Origin: Gammaproteobacteria bacterium
Lineage (GTDB): Bacteria > Pseudomonadota > Gammaproteobacteria > Steroidobacterales > Rariloculaceae
NCBI GenBank assembly: GCA_035644475.1
Contig: DASQOL010000146.1
Span: forward strand, 10,957 to 74,956
DNA length: 64,000 bases
Direction: 5' to 3'
This document shows positions 35,425-45,226 of this stretch, in pieces (within the stretch, counting starts at the first letter, position 1; every line of letters begins with the position of its first letter). The position numbers were made by a program, and so were the translations under genes. The notes under the pieces are model-generated. The model made no database searches. It was given only the letters and a program-made list of their open reading frames with translations, and was not told the origin of the DNA.

Positions 35425-36638
35425 ACCGCGCGCGCCGCGAGGTCGATCGTCGGATCGCTGATCTCCGCCGCTGTCACGGCCGCGCCGGCGGCCACCAGCT
35501 TCTTGCCGTTCATGAAATCGTGCGGGCTGTTGACCGCGTCGACGGCGATCACCCTGCCGCCTGCGAGGTAGTAAGCGGCGAAGCTGTGCGACGTCGCACC
35601 GGGGCGGATCGCGACCTCGTCGTAGCCCGTCGACAGGCCGGCGATCTGCAGTTTCAGGTCGTACTGATCCGACCAGAACCACGGCACCTCCGAGTACGTC
35701 GTCGGCGCACCGAGCATTCCGGAGGCAGCCACCTTCGCCTGGTGGATCGCGTTCGGCACCGACTCGAGGCGCACGCGCCGCCCGAGCGTGCCGAGCGGCT
35801 GGTTGGTGCAGTCGCCCGCCGCGAACACGTGCTCGTCGGCGGTGCGGGCGTGCGCGTCGACGACGATGCCGTTGTCGCAGGCCAGGCCCGCGGCGTGCGC
35901 GACCGCGATGTTCGGCACGACCCCGATGCCGACGATCGCGACGTCGCAATCGAGCCGCCGGCCGTCGGCGAGCTCGACGGCGCTCACGCCGCCGGTGCCG
36001 TGAAACGCTCGCACCGCCGCGCCGTAGTTGAGCGCGACGCCGTGCTCGCGGTGCCGACGGTCGTAGAACTCGGAGACCTGCGGCGCCACCGTTCGAGCCA
36101 TCGCGCGCTCGAGTGCTTCGACGACGGTCACGGCGAAGCCGCGTTGCGCGACGACCGCCGCGACCTCGAGGCCGATGTAGCCCGCGCCCACGAGCAGCAC
36201 GCGCGCGTTCGGCGCGAGCCGCGCGGCGATCGCGTCGACGTCGGCGATGGTCCGCAAGTAGTGCACGCCGGGGAGGTCGGCGCCCGGGATGACGAGCGTG
36301 CGGACGGCGCTGCCGGTGGCGAGCAGGAGGCGGTCGTAGGCCAGCGTGCGGCCGTCGTCGAGCCGGACGATGTGCCCCGCGAGGTCGAGCTCCGTCGCGC
36401 GGCGGCCAAGCTCGAGCGTTACGCCCTTCTCCGCGTAAAACGCGGCGTGCCGCAAGAACAGGCGTTCTCGCGGCAGCTCACCCGCGAGGTATTTCTTCGA
36501 GAGCGGCGGTCGTTGGTACGGCAGATGCGGCTCGTCGCCGATCAACGTGAGGTTGCCGGCGAAGCCCTGTTGCCGCAGCGTCTGTACCGCCTGCGAGGCG
36601 GCCTGGCCGCCGCCCACGATCACGAAGTGCTTGCTCAT
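35421..36638 (-). CDS. FAD-dependent ferredoxin/rubredoxin reductase family oxidoreductase
   Basis: 405 aa. FVIVGGGQAA and LLVGAGYIGLE dinucleotide folds, plus AAGDC. Confidence 0.85.
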   Translation of the reverse strand: MSKHFVIVGGGQAASQAVQTLRQQGFAGNLTLIGDEPHLPYQRPPLSKKYLAGELPRERLFLRHAAFYAEKGVTLELGRRATELDLAGHIVRLDDGRTLAYDRLLLATGSAVRTLVIPGADLPGVHYLRTIADVDAIAARLAPNARVLLVGAGYIGLEVAAVVAQRGFAVTVVEALERAMARTVAPQVSEFYDRRHREHGVALNYGAAVRAFHGTGGVSAVELADGRRLDCDVAIVGIGVVPNIAVAHAAGLACDNGIVVDAHARTADEHVFAAGDCTNQPLGTLGRRVRLESVPNAIHQAKVAASGMLGAPTTYSEVPWFWSDQYDLKLQIAGLSTGYDEVAIRPGATSHSFAAYYLAGGRVIAVDAVNSPHDFMNGKKLVAAGAAVTAAEISDPTIDLAARAV

Positions 36639-36689
36639 CGAGGTGTATATTCCGGGCGCGCAGCGAAAATTCCAACAACGAGGCGGAGC

Positions 36690-37664
36690 ATGGCCCGCGC
36701 AATTCGATTCGAGCGGTTCGGTGGCCCGGAGGTTTTACAGTACGTCGACGTCGCCGTGCCGGAGCCCGGGGCTGGTCAGGCCCGCGTCGTGCATTCGGCC
36801 GTCGGCGTGAACTTCATCGACATCTACCACCGCACCGGCCTGTACCCGCTGACGCTGCCGAGCGGCATCGGCGGCGAGGCGGCGGGGATTGTCGCCGCGA
36901 CGGGGCCCGGAGTCACGCACGTGCGGGCCGGCGACCGGGTCGCCTACACGGCGCACGCGCCGCTCGGCGCCTACTCGACCGAGCGCGTGCTCGACGCGCG
37001 CTGGCTCGTGCGTTTGCCACCGGGCATCCCCGACGAGACGGGCGCCGCGATGATGCTCAAGGGACTGACGGCCTGGTACCTGCTTCACCGTAGCTTCGAG
37101 GTGTCGGCAGGCGACTGGATCGTGCTGTACGCCGCGGCGGGTGGTGTCGGCTCGATCGCCGCGCAATGGGGGCGGCATCTTAAGGCGCGTGTGATCGGCA
37201 TCGTCGGCAGCGCGGCGAAGCGCGAGGTCGCGCTCGCGAACGGCTGTGAGCACGTCCTGCTCGCGGGCGAGCCGATCCCGGCGCGGGTCCGCGAGCTCAC
37301 GGGCGGCGTGGGCGTTCCCGTCGTCTACGACTCGGTGGGGCGCGACACGTTTCTGCAGTCGCTCGACTGCTTGCGGCCGCACGGCGTGCTCGTGAGCTTC
37401 GGCAACTCGTCGGGCAAGGTGGAGCCGTTCTCCCTGCTCGAGCTCATGCGGCGTGGCTCGCTGTACGTCACGCGGCCCACGCTGATCGACTTCATTCGCG
37501 TGCGCGAGGATTTGGAAGCGGGCAGCCGTGCGTTGCTCGAGCTCGTCGAGAGCAGCGCGATCAAGATCGGGATCGGGCAACGCTACGAGCTCCGCGACGC
37601 GGCGCAGGCGCATCTCGACCTCGAGGCGCGGAACACGACCGGATCGAGCATTTTGCTTCCCTGA
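36690..37664 (+). CDS. qor: NADPH:quinone oxidoreductase
   Basis: Internal ATG of the 994-aa track ORF (MARAIRFERFGGPEVL). MDR family with AAAGGVGS. Confidence 0.88.
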   Translation: MARAIRFERFGGPEVLQYVDVAVPEPGAGQARVVHSAVGVNFIDIYHRTGLYPLTLPSGIGGEAAGIVAATGPGVTHVRAGDRVAYTAHAPLGAYSTERVLDARWLVRLPPGIPDETGAAMMLKGLTAWYLLHRSFEVSAGDWIVLYAAAGGVGSIAAQWGRHLKARVIGIVGSAAKREVALANGCEHVLLAGEPIPARVRELTGGVGVPVVYDSVGRDTFLQSLDCLRPHGVLVSFGNSSGKVEPFSLLELMRRGSLYVTRPTLIDFIRVREDLEAGSRALLELVESSAIKIGIGQRYELRDAAQAHLDLEARNTTGSSILLP

Positions 37665-37750
37665 CCGGCGCGCATTTCCGTCGATTACCCGCAGAAACTC
37701 GGGTCGCGCGCCGCGGCGCGGCTCGCTAGCGTAGTGGACGTCAGGACGTC

Positions 37751-38266
37751 ATGGAGGACGCCGTGCCGACGCAACGCCACGAGGCGCGCTTCTCGGAGCC
37801 GCTCACCGCCGTATTCTCCGCAATGATCGACGTGGTCGCGCGTGGCCGCTGGGGTGGCGGCGCGATCGTCGCGGGCACGCCGCCGCCGCGCGCAGGGTGC
37901 CAGTACGCGCAACAGCGCGGCAAGGTATTCCGCCGCGGCAAGGTGCTCGAATGCCTGCGACCGGTGTCGCTCACGGTGCAGGAAACGCTGCTCGATCCGC
38001 CCTGCTGCGTGAAGCTCCGGCTGCATTGGCGCATCGAGCCGCTCGAGACCGGCTCGTGCGTGCTGCTCGACGCGCGGTTCTCGCTGAACGGCGCCGCGTC
38101 GCTGCGACGCCGACACTGGTGCGGGCGAATCGAGGGCCACTGCGAGCGCATGCTCGGCCACGTGCGCCGCCTTGCCGCCGCCGAGCCCGCGCGCGCCGCG
38201 CGCCGCACGGAGCAGAGCGCCGACCCGCGGGAGCTCGCGCTGCGCCGCATGTTCGCGCTGCATTGA
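37751..38266 (+). CDS. hypothetical protein, possibly SRPBCC/START-like
   Basis: 171 aa with high GC3. The weak pattern FSEPLTAVFSAMID..W is typical of SRPBCC N-termini. Confidence 0.5.
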   Translation: MEDAVPTQRHEARFSEPLTAVFSAMIDVVARGRWGGGAIVAGTPPPRAGCQYAQQRGKVFRRGKVLECLRPVSLTVQETLLDPPCCVKLRLHWRIEPLETGSCVLLDARFSLNGAASLRRRHWCGRIEGHCERMLGHVRRLAAAEPARAARRTEQSADPRELALRRMFALH

Positions 38267-38392
38267 ATGTGTGAATTCGATTCACGTAGAAACGTGAAGC
38301 CGCGCGCAGAAGGCCGAAACGTGGTTACTATACTCAGAGCAACGGCACGTCTGCCGTTCTGGTAGCGCGCTGCCGAGCAGAGGGAGACGCGC

Positions 38393-39019
38393 TTGCGCAC
38401 GAAATCGGAGCGGATTCACAGGGTCGCCAGCCTCAAAGAGTTCTTTCGCGACTCGGTTGCGGAGGCGATGGAGAAGCACCGCGTCGCGGCCGACGACCAC
38501 ACCTCGCACTACGTGGTGAACCTGCTCACGCTGTTCGCGCGCTCCGAGCAGGCCTACGCGGCCGACAATCCGGGAGCGCGGTTTCAACCTCTCGCGCTGC
38601 TCCTCGCCGACGCCGCGGCCAACGCCGATCCGCGCGAGCGTGATCTCGGCCTGCAACGCGTCGGCGACATCGCCTTGTTCGTCGCGGGCTTTTTCGGCGA
38701 CGGGTTCGTGCGCAAGCCCGTGGACGTCGACTACTACATCGATGTGGGCGGCGCCGCGTATCAGTCGCTGTCGGCGAACGTGCGGGGCACCGCCCGCGGC
38801 CGTGCATTCGGCGGCGTGTTCGCGGAGCTCGGGGCGAAGTTTCGCGACTTCGTCGACGTGCTGGCCGAGGTCCGCGATTCCGGAAAGTCCGTCGACGATC
38901 TCGACTTGCTGCGCCTCTACGAGCTCTGGCTTCGCACGCGCAGCGGCCGCGCCGCCCGCATCTTGCGCGACCGCGGCATCGAGCCTGCGGCGTCGCTCGA
39001 CCCCGCCACTCGCCACTGA
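38393..39019 (+). CDS. hypothetical cytoplasmic protein
   Basis: 208 aa. High GC3, acidic, no recognisable motif. Confidence 0.65.
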   Translation: MRTKSERIHRVASLKEFFRDSVAEAMEKHRVAADDHTSHYVVNLLTLFARSEQAYAADNPGARFQPLALLLADAAANADPRERDLGLQRVGDIALFVAGFFGDGFVRKPVDVDYYIDVGGAAYQSLSANVRGTARGRAFGGVFAELGAKFRDFVDVLAEVRDSGKSVDDLDLLRLYELWLRTRSGRAARILRDRGIEPAASLDPATRH

Positions 39020-39023
39020 TCGC

Positions 39024-39668
39024 ATGTTGCTTGGCAATCTGCAGGCGCTGATCAGCGACTTCTACGCGCTCGAGCTGCCGTATTGCGTCGACGACTTCCT
39101 GACCACCGACGCGCATCTCGCGCAAGCGCTCGACGGCGGCGGCCGGCAGGTCGACGAGAAGCTCCTCATCGCCGAGGCCGACGGTGAGGCCGAGGTCTGC
39201 TTGTACTTGGAGGAGCGCCTGCTCGAGCGGCTCGCGAGCAATGACCCGTTGCAACGTCTCGACGCCGACAACCTCGAGGACTTCTGGACCGCGTTCGAGG
39301 GTGTGAGCCACTTCACCTACTACGCGTGGAACGCGCAGCGGGAGAAGACCGTGACCCTGCTCGAGATGGAGCTCCAGGCCGAGGTCGATAAGTTCGTCGC
39401 CACGACCCTGCTCTTGCTACGCCAAGGTAGTCCCGACGCGCGGCGGCTGCACCACTGGTTGTTCGAGCTGCCGCAGCTCGATCGGCGCCTCGACGGCGAC
39501 GAGCTCGACCGCTATCGCGACGCCAACCGCTATGCGGCCAAGTACTGCCGCCGGCTCGCGGCCGCGCGCGAGCGCAGCCCCGAGCACGAGCCGGTGCAGT
39601 CCGAGCTGCGCCGCTTCTACCGCCTCTCGCAGACCTCGAAGATCGAGCACATCGACGCCGAAAAATAG
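39024..39668 (+). CDS. hypothetical cytoplasmic protein
   Basis: Internal ATG (MLLGNLQALISDFY), 214 aa. Starts 4 nt after the upstream gene. Confidence 0.65.
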   Translation: MLLGNLQALISDFYALELPYCVDDFLTTDAHLAQALDGGGRQVDEKLLIAEADGEAEVCLYLEERLLERLASNDPLQRLDADNLEDFWTAFEGVSHFTYYAWNAQREKTVTLLEMELQAEVDKFVATTLLLLRQGSPDARRLHHWLFELPQLDRRLDGDELDRYRDANRYAAKYCRRLAAARERSPEHEPVQSELRRFYRLSQTSKIEHIDAEK

Positions 39669-39757
39669 GGTAGGAGGATTAGGGTCAGACCCCGGGGCCA
39701 GAGCAACGGCTCTGGCCCCGGGGTCTGACCCTAATCCTCCTGTCCCTATTTTTCGGC
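39657..39757. repeat. about 100-nt near-perfect palindrome / bidirectional terminator
   Basis: The core is a perfect 33-bp stem (39672-39704 pairs with 39709-39741) with loop AACG. An outer stem GCCGAAAAATAGGG/CCCTATTTTTCGGC follows across a small internal loop. It includes both convergent stop codons. Confidence 0.9.
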
Positions 39758-41302
39758 TCCGCCGCCGAGGAAGAGACGGTAAGCCGGGTTGTCGGTCTCG
39801 TCCCAGTGCGCGTAGCCGAGCGTCGCGAGATGCTCGGCGAAGCGCGCGCGGTCAGGCGGCGCGACCTGCACGCCGGCGAGCACACGTCCGTAGTCCGAGC
39901 CGTGATTGCGATAGTGGAACAGACTGATGTTCCAGCGTTCGCCGATCGCCCGCAGGAACGCGAGCAGAGCGCCTGGCCGCTCGGGAAACTCGAACCGATA
40001 CAGCAGCTCGTCGGCGAGGCCCGGCACCTGTCCGCCCACCATGTGCCGCACGTGTAGCTTCGCGAGCTCGTTGCCGGACAGGTCGAGGACGGAATAGCCG
40101 CGGCCGCGCAGCGTCGCGAGGATCTCGTCGGCTTCCGGCAGTCCTCGCTGCAGCGATACGCCCACGAAAATTCGCGCGTTCTCAGCGGGGGCGTAGCGAT
40201 AGTTGAACTCCGTGATATTGCGCGCGCCTAGCGCCTGACAGAACGCGAGGAACGCGCCGGGCCGCTCCGGGATCTCCGCGGCGATCAGGGCCTCGCGGTG
40301 CTCGCCGATCTCGGCGCGCTCGGTGACGTGCCGCAGGCGTCCGAAGTTCATGTTGGCGCCGCTGTTGATCGCGACCAGCGCGCGGTCCCGGCCCGGATGC
40401 TGCTCCACGTACCGCTTCAGTCCCGCGACGGCGAGCGCGCCGGCGGGCTCGAGGATCACCCTGCTGTCCTCGAAGACGTCCTTGATCGCGGCGCAGATCT
40501 CGTCCGTGCTCACGAGGATCACGTCGTGCACGACCTCGCGCGCGAGCGCGAACGTCTCGTCCCCCACGCGCCGGACGGCCACGCCGTCGGCGAAGGTGCC
40601 GACGCGCTCGAGCGTCACGGGCCCGCCGCGGCGTAGGGCCTCGTGCATGCTCGCCGACTCGAGCGGCTCCACGCCGATGACGGCGACGTTCGGCTGGCGG
40701 TGCTTCAAGTACGCGCCGATGCCGCTGATGAGCCCGCCGCCGCCGATCGGCACGAACACCGCGGCCGGCGCTCGGGACCACTGGCGCTCGAGCTCGACGG
40801 CGATCGTGCCCTGGCCGGCGATCACGTCGGCGTCGTCGAACGGATGCACGAACGTCAAGCGCCGCTTCGCGGCGAGCTCCAGGGCGTGCCGGTTCGCGTC
40901 GTCGTAGGTCGCGCCTTCGAGGATCACTTCGCCGCCCAATGCCGCGACGGCCTCGACCTTGATCGACGCCGTCGTTCGCGGCATCACGATGACGGCGCCG
41001 AGGCCATAGCGGCGTGCCGCGAGCGCGACGCCTTGAGCGTGATTACCGGCCGAGCTGCAGATCACGCCTTTGCGCAGCGCCGCCGCCGACAGCTGCGCGA
41101 TCTTGTTGTACGCGCCGCGCAGCTTGAAGGAGAACACGGGCTGCAGGTCCTCGCGCTTGAGCAGCACGTCGTTGCCGAGGCGTGCCGAGAGGCGCGGCGC
41201 GTGGTCGAGCGGCGACTCGATCGCGACGTCGTACACGCGCGCTTCGAGGATCTTCGGCACGTAGCGCGCCGACACCGGGCCTGGCTTCGCGGGGGCATCC
41301 AT
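39746..41302 (-). CDS. ilvA: biosynthetic threonine dehydratase
   Basis: 518 aa. PLP site FSFKLRGAY, then GNHAQG, and two C-terminal ACT-like regulatory domains. Confidence 0.95.
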   Translation of the reverse strand: MDAPAKPGPVSARYVPKILEARVYDVAIESPLDHAPRLSARLGNDVLLKREDLQPVFSFKLRGAYNKIAQLSAAALRKGVICSSAGNHAQGVALAARRYGLGAVIVMPRTTASIKVEAVAALGGEVILEGATYDDANRHALELAAKRRLTFVHPFDDADVIAGQGTIAVELERQWSRAPAAVFVPIGGGGLISGIGAYLKHRQPNVAVIGVEPLESASMHEALRRGGPVTLERVGTFADGVAVRRVGDETFALAREVVHDVILVSTDEICAAIKDVFEDSRVILEPAGALAVAGLKRYVEQHPGRDRALVAINSGANMNFGRLRHVTERAEIGEHREALIAAEIPERPGAFLAFCQALGARNITEFNYRYAPAENARIFVGVSLQRGLPEADEILATLRGRGYSVLDLSGNELAKLHVRHMVGGQVPGLADELLYRFEFPERPGALLAFLRAIGERWNISLFHYRNHGSDYGRVLAGVQVAPPDRARFAEHLATLGYAHWDETDNPAYRLFLGGGAEK

Positions 41303-41392
41303 TCGCAGATGATGCGCGTGACGCTCTGCGCTGCCTATTCGGTCCTACTCGGGGGGGCGCCGGCGTCTGAAGGCGGGCGCGCGACGGGCGCG

Positions 41393-42580
41393 TCAGCCGG
41401 CGGGCGGCTTCAGCAGGTCGGACATACGGCGCGTCATCTGGTCGTATTGGAACGCCGCGATCTTGTAGCGCCAGCCGGCCGTGCGTTTGTTGATCTGCTC
41501 GACCTCGGCGGCACGCTCGGCGGCGCTCGCCGCAGGCGCGGCGGCGGCCGCCGGCTCGGCCGCGGGCGGGTTCGCCTCCGGAGGCAGGTTCGGATCCGCC
41601 GCCGGGGCCGGTGTTCCGGCGGCCGGCGCGAACCGCGCGGCCTGGTCCGCGTCGAAGCGTGCCGCGACGGTGATCCAAGCGCTGTCGTCCTGCTTCGTGC
41701 CCGTGACGTCGAGGATGAGCCCGTCGAAGGTCCGGAACTCGACACGGATGGGTTTGCCGGCGGCGGCCAGCGTGTCGGCTGGTGCCGGCTTGTCGGCTGA
41801 CGCCGGCTTGTCGGCTGACGCCGCCGCCGGGGGGGCCGGCTGCACGTCTTCCAAATTGAGCTCGCGCAGCGCGTTGGCCGAGACGTTGGCGACGCCGGGA
41901 TAGAGGAGCTCGCGGCCCTTCGGCACGCCCGCAACGTCGTAGTTCTGGAGCCTGGCAGTGGGCTTCGAGATCGTGATCGTCTCGCCGTCCGGGTGCTTGA
42001 TCGTGACCTGCTGCACGCGCTCGCTGTTGACGTCGATGATCGTCGGCGCGAGCCACTGGCCTGTGCCGTGCGGGAAGTTGGGGTCGTGATCGAGCAGATA
42101 GCTCTGTTCATCGCCCGCGCGGCGCGCATAGCGGTACTTGCTGCCCTGGGCGTCGCCCAAGATCACGGTCGGCAGCGCCTTGCCCGCGGCCGTGAACGAC
42201 ACCGCGATGCCGGTCGCGGTCGGCGCCGAGACGTCGACGACGCCGAGCCGGTCGTAGAGCTCGGGTGTCGCGGTCTTCTGCTCGAGGATCTTGGCTTCCG
42301 CGAGTGCGCGCAGTTGCTGCCGCAGCTTCGCGACGTCGGCCGGGTAGTTGTTCTTCTCGACGACCACCCACGCGCCGTCGCGGCGCTCGAGCGTCGCGAC
42401 CGCCTCGTTGCCGGCCTTCACGAGCGCCACGCGCTCGAGATCGTTGAGCGCGGACTCGAGGCCCGGCACGAATGCCGACCCCTGAGCCGTGCTCGGCGCG
42501 CGGCTGCGCTGCGCCACGACCACGACCACGCCCAGCAAGACGAACGCGGCAAGCAGAATCAGCAGATTGCGCTGGCTCAT
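41393..42580 (-). CDS. DUF4340 domain protein
   Basis: It starts at MSQRNLLILLAAFVLLG with an ATGA overlap onto the gldG-like stop. Contains Ala/Pro-rich low-complexity inserts. Confidence 0.7.
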   Translation of the reverse strand: MSQRNLLILLAAFVLLGVVVVVAQRSRAPSTAQGSAFVPGLESALNDLERVALVKAGNEAVATLERRDGAWVVVEKNNYPADVAKLRQQLRALAEAKILEQKTATPELYDRLGVVDVSAPTATGIAVSFTAAGKALPTVILGDAQGSKYRYARRAGDEQSYLLDHDPNFPHGTGQWLAPTIIDVNSERVQQVTIKHPDGETITISKPTARLQNYDVAGVPKGRELLYPGVANVSANALRELNLEDVQPAPPAAASADKPASADKPAPADTLAAAGKPIRVEFRTFDGLILDVTGTKQDDSAWITVAARFDADQAARFAPAAGTPAPAADPNLPPEANPPAAEPAAAAAPAASAAERAAEVEQINKRTAGWRYKIAAFQYDQMTRRMSDLLKPPAG

Positions 42581-44487
42581 CGTGGGGCCGCCTTCCTGCC
42601 GCGCCGCCAAACCACGATGCCGAGCGCGATCCCGGTCAAGAGCAACGGCCAGACGAGCACGTTCAAGATTTTGAGCGTGGTGCCGAGGTTGTCGATGTCG
42701 CGGTCCAGGTCGCGCCGGACCGTGCGCAGCTCCCCGCGGATCCGGACTTGCTCGTCCAAGAAGCGCTGGATCTCGGTCTGCTGCTCGGGGCTCATCAGCA
42801 GCGAGCTTTGGTCCTTGCGGGCCGACTGCAGCTCGCCCAACTTCTGCTCGGTTTCGCTGAGCTCGGCTTGCAGCTGCTTCTCGGTGTCGCTGAAGCGCGC
42901 GTCCGCGTCGCGCTGCAGCTTCTCGACCCTCGTGAACGGCCGCGTGAAGGTGGCGCGACTCCGCAGACCGATGAGGTCGGCGCTGCCCGACAGATTGTCG
43001 AGCGCGCCGAATACGAAGTCGCCGTTATTGGCGAACGCGCTCACGATCCGCTGCCCGAGGAAGCTCTGGGCCTGCGCCCAGAGCCGATCGCTCAACATGT
43101 CCACGTCGCCGACGAGCACGATGCTGGCGTTCTCCGTGGAGGCGATGTGCTGCGACGCGAGCGCCGTATCGACGGGCGCGTCACGCCCTTCCGGCTTCTC
43201 CGCCTTCGGGGGGCCGTCGGGATAGGCGCTCTTGAGCGCCCCCTCGAGCCGCGCGGCGAGCACGTACTGCGTGCCGGTGGGCTTGAAGCCGGTCAGGAGC
43301 TCGGCCGGGTCGGGCAGGAACTGAAAGCGGTCGCTGGTGAGGATCGCCGCCTCGTTGCTCGACCGGAGCAGCGGCGTGAGCTTGGCCGTGGCGCCGTCTT
43401 CGAGAGTGAAGTGGCCGGCGACGTCGAGATTGACCGTCTCCACGCCGGACGTGAGCACGTCCTCCTGGCTCATGGCTTCCTTGTCGAGCCCGATGATCCC
43501 CAGGTGGCGGACGGCGCCGCCTTGGCCGGCGCGAATCCTGAGCGCGTAGCGGCTATCGGCGACGACCTCGGTGGGCGAGAACTTCACGCCCCACGCCGCG
43601 AGCAGCGGCTCGAGCGTCGAGCTCGGCGCCGGCGTTCCGAATTGGGGTTGGCCCCCGGCCGCCATGATCTCCGCGAATGGATCGAGGAAGATCAGCGCCC
43701 GGCCGCCGCGCATCACGAATTGGTCGATCGCATAGAGCGTCGAGGGCTCGAGGTCGGCCGGTTGCACGATCCACAGCACGTTGATGTCGTCGTCGACGCG
43801 CAGCGTGCTCGGCTGCAGCGCGCGGATCTCGAACAGCTGTCGCGCCTGCTCCGCGACGATCCACGGCTGGGTCGGCTGCTGCGTTTGCGGGTCGAAGCTG
43901 CCGCTCATGGGCGCGCCCGACAAGAGACCGATGACGGTCTTGTTCGGATGCGCGAGGTTGTAGACGAGCTTCGCCAGGTCGTACTCGAGGAATTGCTCCT
44001 TCGGCGGGCGCTCCGGTGAATCCGGCAAGAACAGCGGGATGACGTCGCTCTTGCCGATGCTGTTCGTGCCGGCGAGGCCGAAATACACGGGCTGATCCAT
44101 CGTGCCGATGTTCGTGACGCCGAACTGCTCGGCACGGTCCTCCTCCTCGGAGAAGGGCACCGGATCCAGCACGTGCAGCAGGAGCTTGCCGTCGGGAGCG
44201 TGCGCGACGAGCTCGTCCAGCATCTCGCGAACCCGGGTCTCGTAAGTGCGCAGCTGCGGGGAGCTCTTCGTCGCCTCGTCGGAGAAGAACAGATAAAGAT
44301 TGATCGGCTCGGCGATGTTTTGCAGCACCGAACGCGTGCCCGGCGCCAGCGTGTAGAGCTTGTTCTGCGTGAGGTCGATTCGAAACCCGCGCAGCAGCGT
44401 ATTGCTGGCCATCACCGCCGCGAAGAACGCGAGCAGCAGAATCACCAACGTCAAAGCCCCGAGCGTATGTCTCGATCGCGTGCTCAT
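42577..44487 (-). CDS. GldG-family ABC transporter auxiliary component
   Basis: 636 aa with N- and C-terminal TM anchors and a large periplasmic domain. NKLYTLAPGT and INLYLFFS are typical of GldG-like proteins. Confidence 0.75.
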   Translation of the reverse strand: MSTRSRHTLGALTLVILLLAFFAAVMASNTLLRGFRIDLTQNKLYTLAPGTRSVLQNIAEPINLYLFFSDEATKSSPQLRTYETRVREMLDELVAHAPDGKLLLHVLDPVPFSEEEDRAEQFGVTNIGTMDQPVYFGLAGTNSIGKSDVIPLFLPDSPERPPKEQFLEYDLAKLVYNLAHPNKTVIGLLSGAPMSGSFDPQTQQPTQPWIVAEQARQLFEIRALQPSTLRVDDDINVLWIVQPADLEPSTLYAIDQFVMRGGRALIFLDPFAEIMAAGGQPQFGTPAPSSTLEPLLAAWGVKFSPTEVVADSRYALRIRAGQGGAVRHLGIIGLDKEAMSQEDVLTSGVETVNLDVAGHFTLEDGATAKLTPLLRSSNEAAILTSDRFQFLPDPAELLTGFKPTGTQYVLAARLEGALKSAYPDGPPKAEKPEGRDAPVDTALASQHIASTENASIVLVGDVDMLSDRLWAQAQSFLGQRIVSAFANNGDFVFGALDNLSGSADLIGLRSRATFTRPFTRVEKLQRDADARFSDTEKQLQAELSETEQKLGELQSARKDQSSLLMSPEQQTEIQRFLDEQVRIRGELRTVRRDLDRDIDNLGTTLKILNVLVWPLLLTGIALGIVVWRRGRKAAPR

Positions 44488-44491
44488 CGGG

Positions 44492-45226
44492 TCAGTCCGC
44501 CTTCTTGAGGTGCAAGACGATCGTGTTCGCGTAGAGGCAGGTGGCGATCAACAACCCGAAGTAGACGAGGTCGCGCAGATCGATGACGCCCTTGCTGATG
44601 GTGTTCTCGAAGTGCGTGAGAAAGCCGAAGCTAGCGACCGCGTCGCGGAACCACTGCGGCAACAGCGATAGCAGGTTGAGCACCGGATCGTATCCGGCGA
44701 CCGTGAACACGAGCGCGAGCAAGACCGAGATGATGAACGCGATGACCTGGTTCTTCGTGGTCGCCGAGATCAGCGACCCGAGCGCGAGGTACGAGCCCGC
44801 CATCAGGAAGCTCCCGATGTACGTCGCGAAGATCACGCCGTTGTCCGGGTCGCCGAGGTACGTGACGGTGATCCAAATCGGAAACGTGAGCGCGATCGCG
44901 ATCCCGGTGAACGCCCACGCCGCGAGGAACTTGCCGAGCACCGCTTGCCAGATCTCGATCGGCAAGGTGAACAGCAGCTCGATGCTGCCGGATTTCCGCT
45001 CCTCCGCCCACAGCCGCATGCTGAGCGCGGGCACCAGAATCAGGAACAGCCAGGGATGCCACCTGAAGAACGGCTGCAGGTCGGCGAGTCGACGCTCATA
45101 GAGAAAGCCGAAGAAGAACGTGAACCAGCCCGACGCCACCAGGAAGATCACGATGAAGACATAGGCGATCGGCGTCGAGAAGTAGCTGCCGAGCTCGCGC
45201 TTGAATACGGTGACGACGGACTTCAT
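44492..45226 (-). CDS. ABC-2 family permease (GldF-like)
   Basis: Internal ATG (MKSVVTVFKRELGSYF), 244 aa, multi-TM. ATGA overlap with the ATPase stop. Confidence 0.82.
   Translation of the reverse strand: MKSVVTVFKRELGSYFSTPIAYVFIVIFLVASGWFTFFFGFLYERRLADLQPFFRWHPWLFLILVPALSMRLWAEERKSGSIELLFTLPIEIWQAVLGKFLAAWAFTGIAIALTFPIWITVTYLGDPDNGVIFATYIGSFLMAGSYLALGSLISATTKNQVIAFIISVLLALVFTVAGYDPVLNLLSLLPQWFRDAVASFGFLTHFENTISKGVIDLRDLVYFGLLIATCLYANTIVLHLKKAD

Noticed and set aside
34680-36689. N-terminal 670 codons of the 994-aa track ORF that ends as qor.
   Set aside because: Only the last 324 codons (from the ATG at 36690) look like quinone oxidoreductase. The upstream part is antisense to a clear ferredoxin-reductase-type gene and overlaps two other supported CDSs.
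38264-38300. TGTGA-N6-TTCAC (CRP-like) / TGAAT-N3-ATTCA (ARG-box-like) motif upstream of the hypothetical gene pair.
   Set aside because: Spacing does not fit either consensus (CRP needs TGTGA-N6-TCACA, the ARG box needs N4). I noted it only as a small palindrome under the relevant finding.
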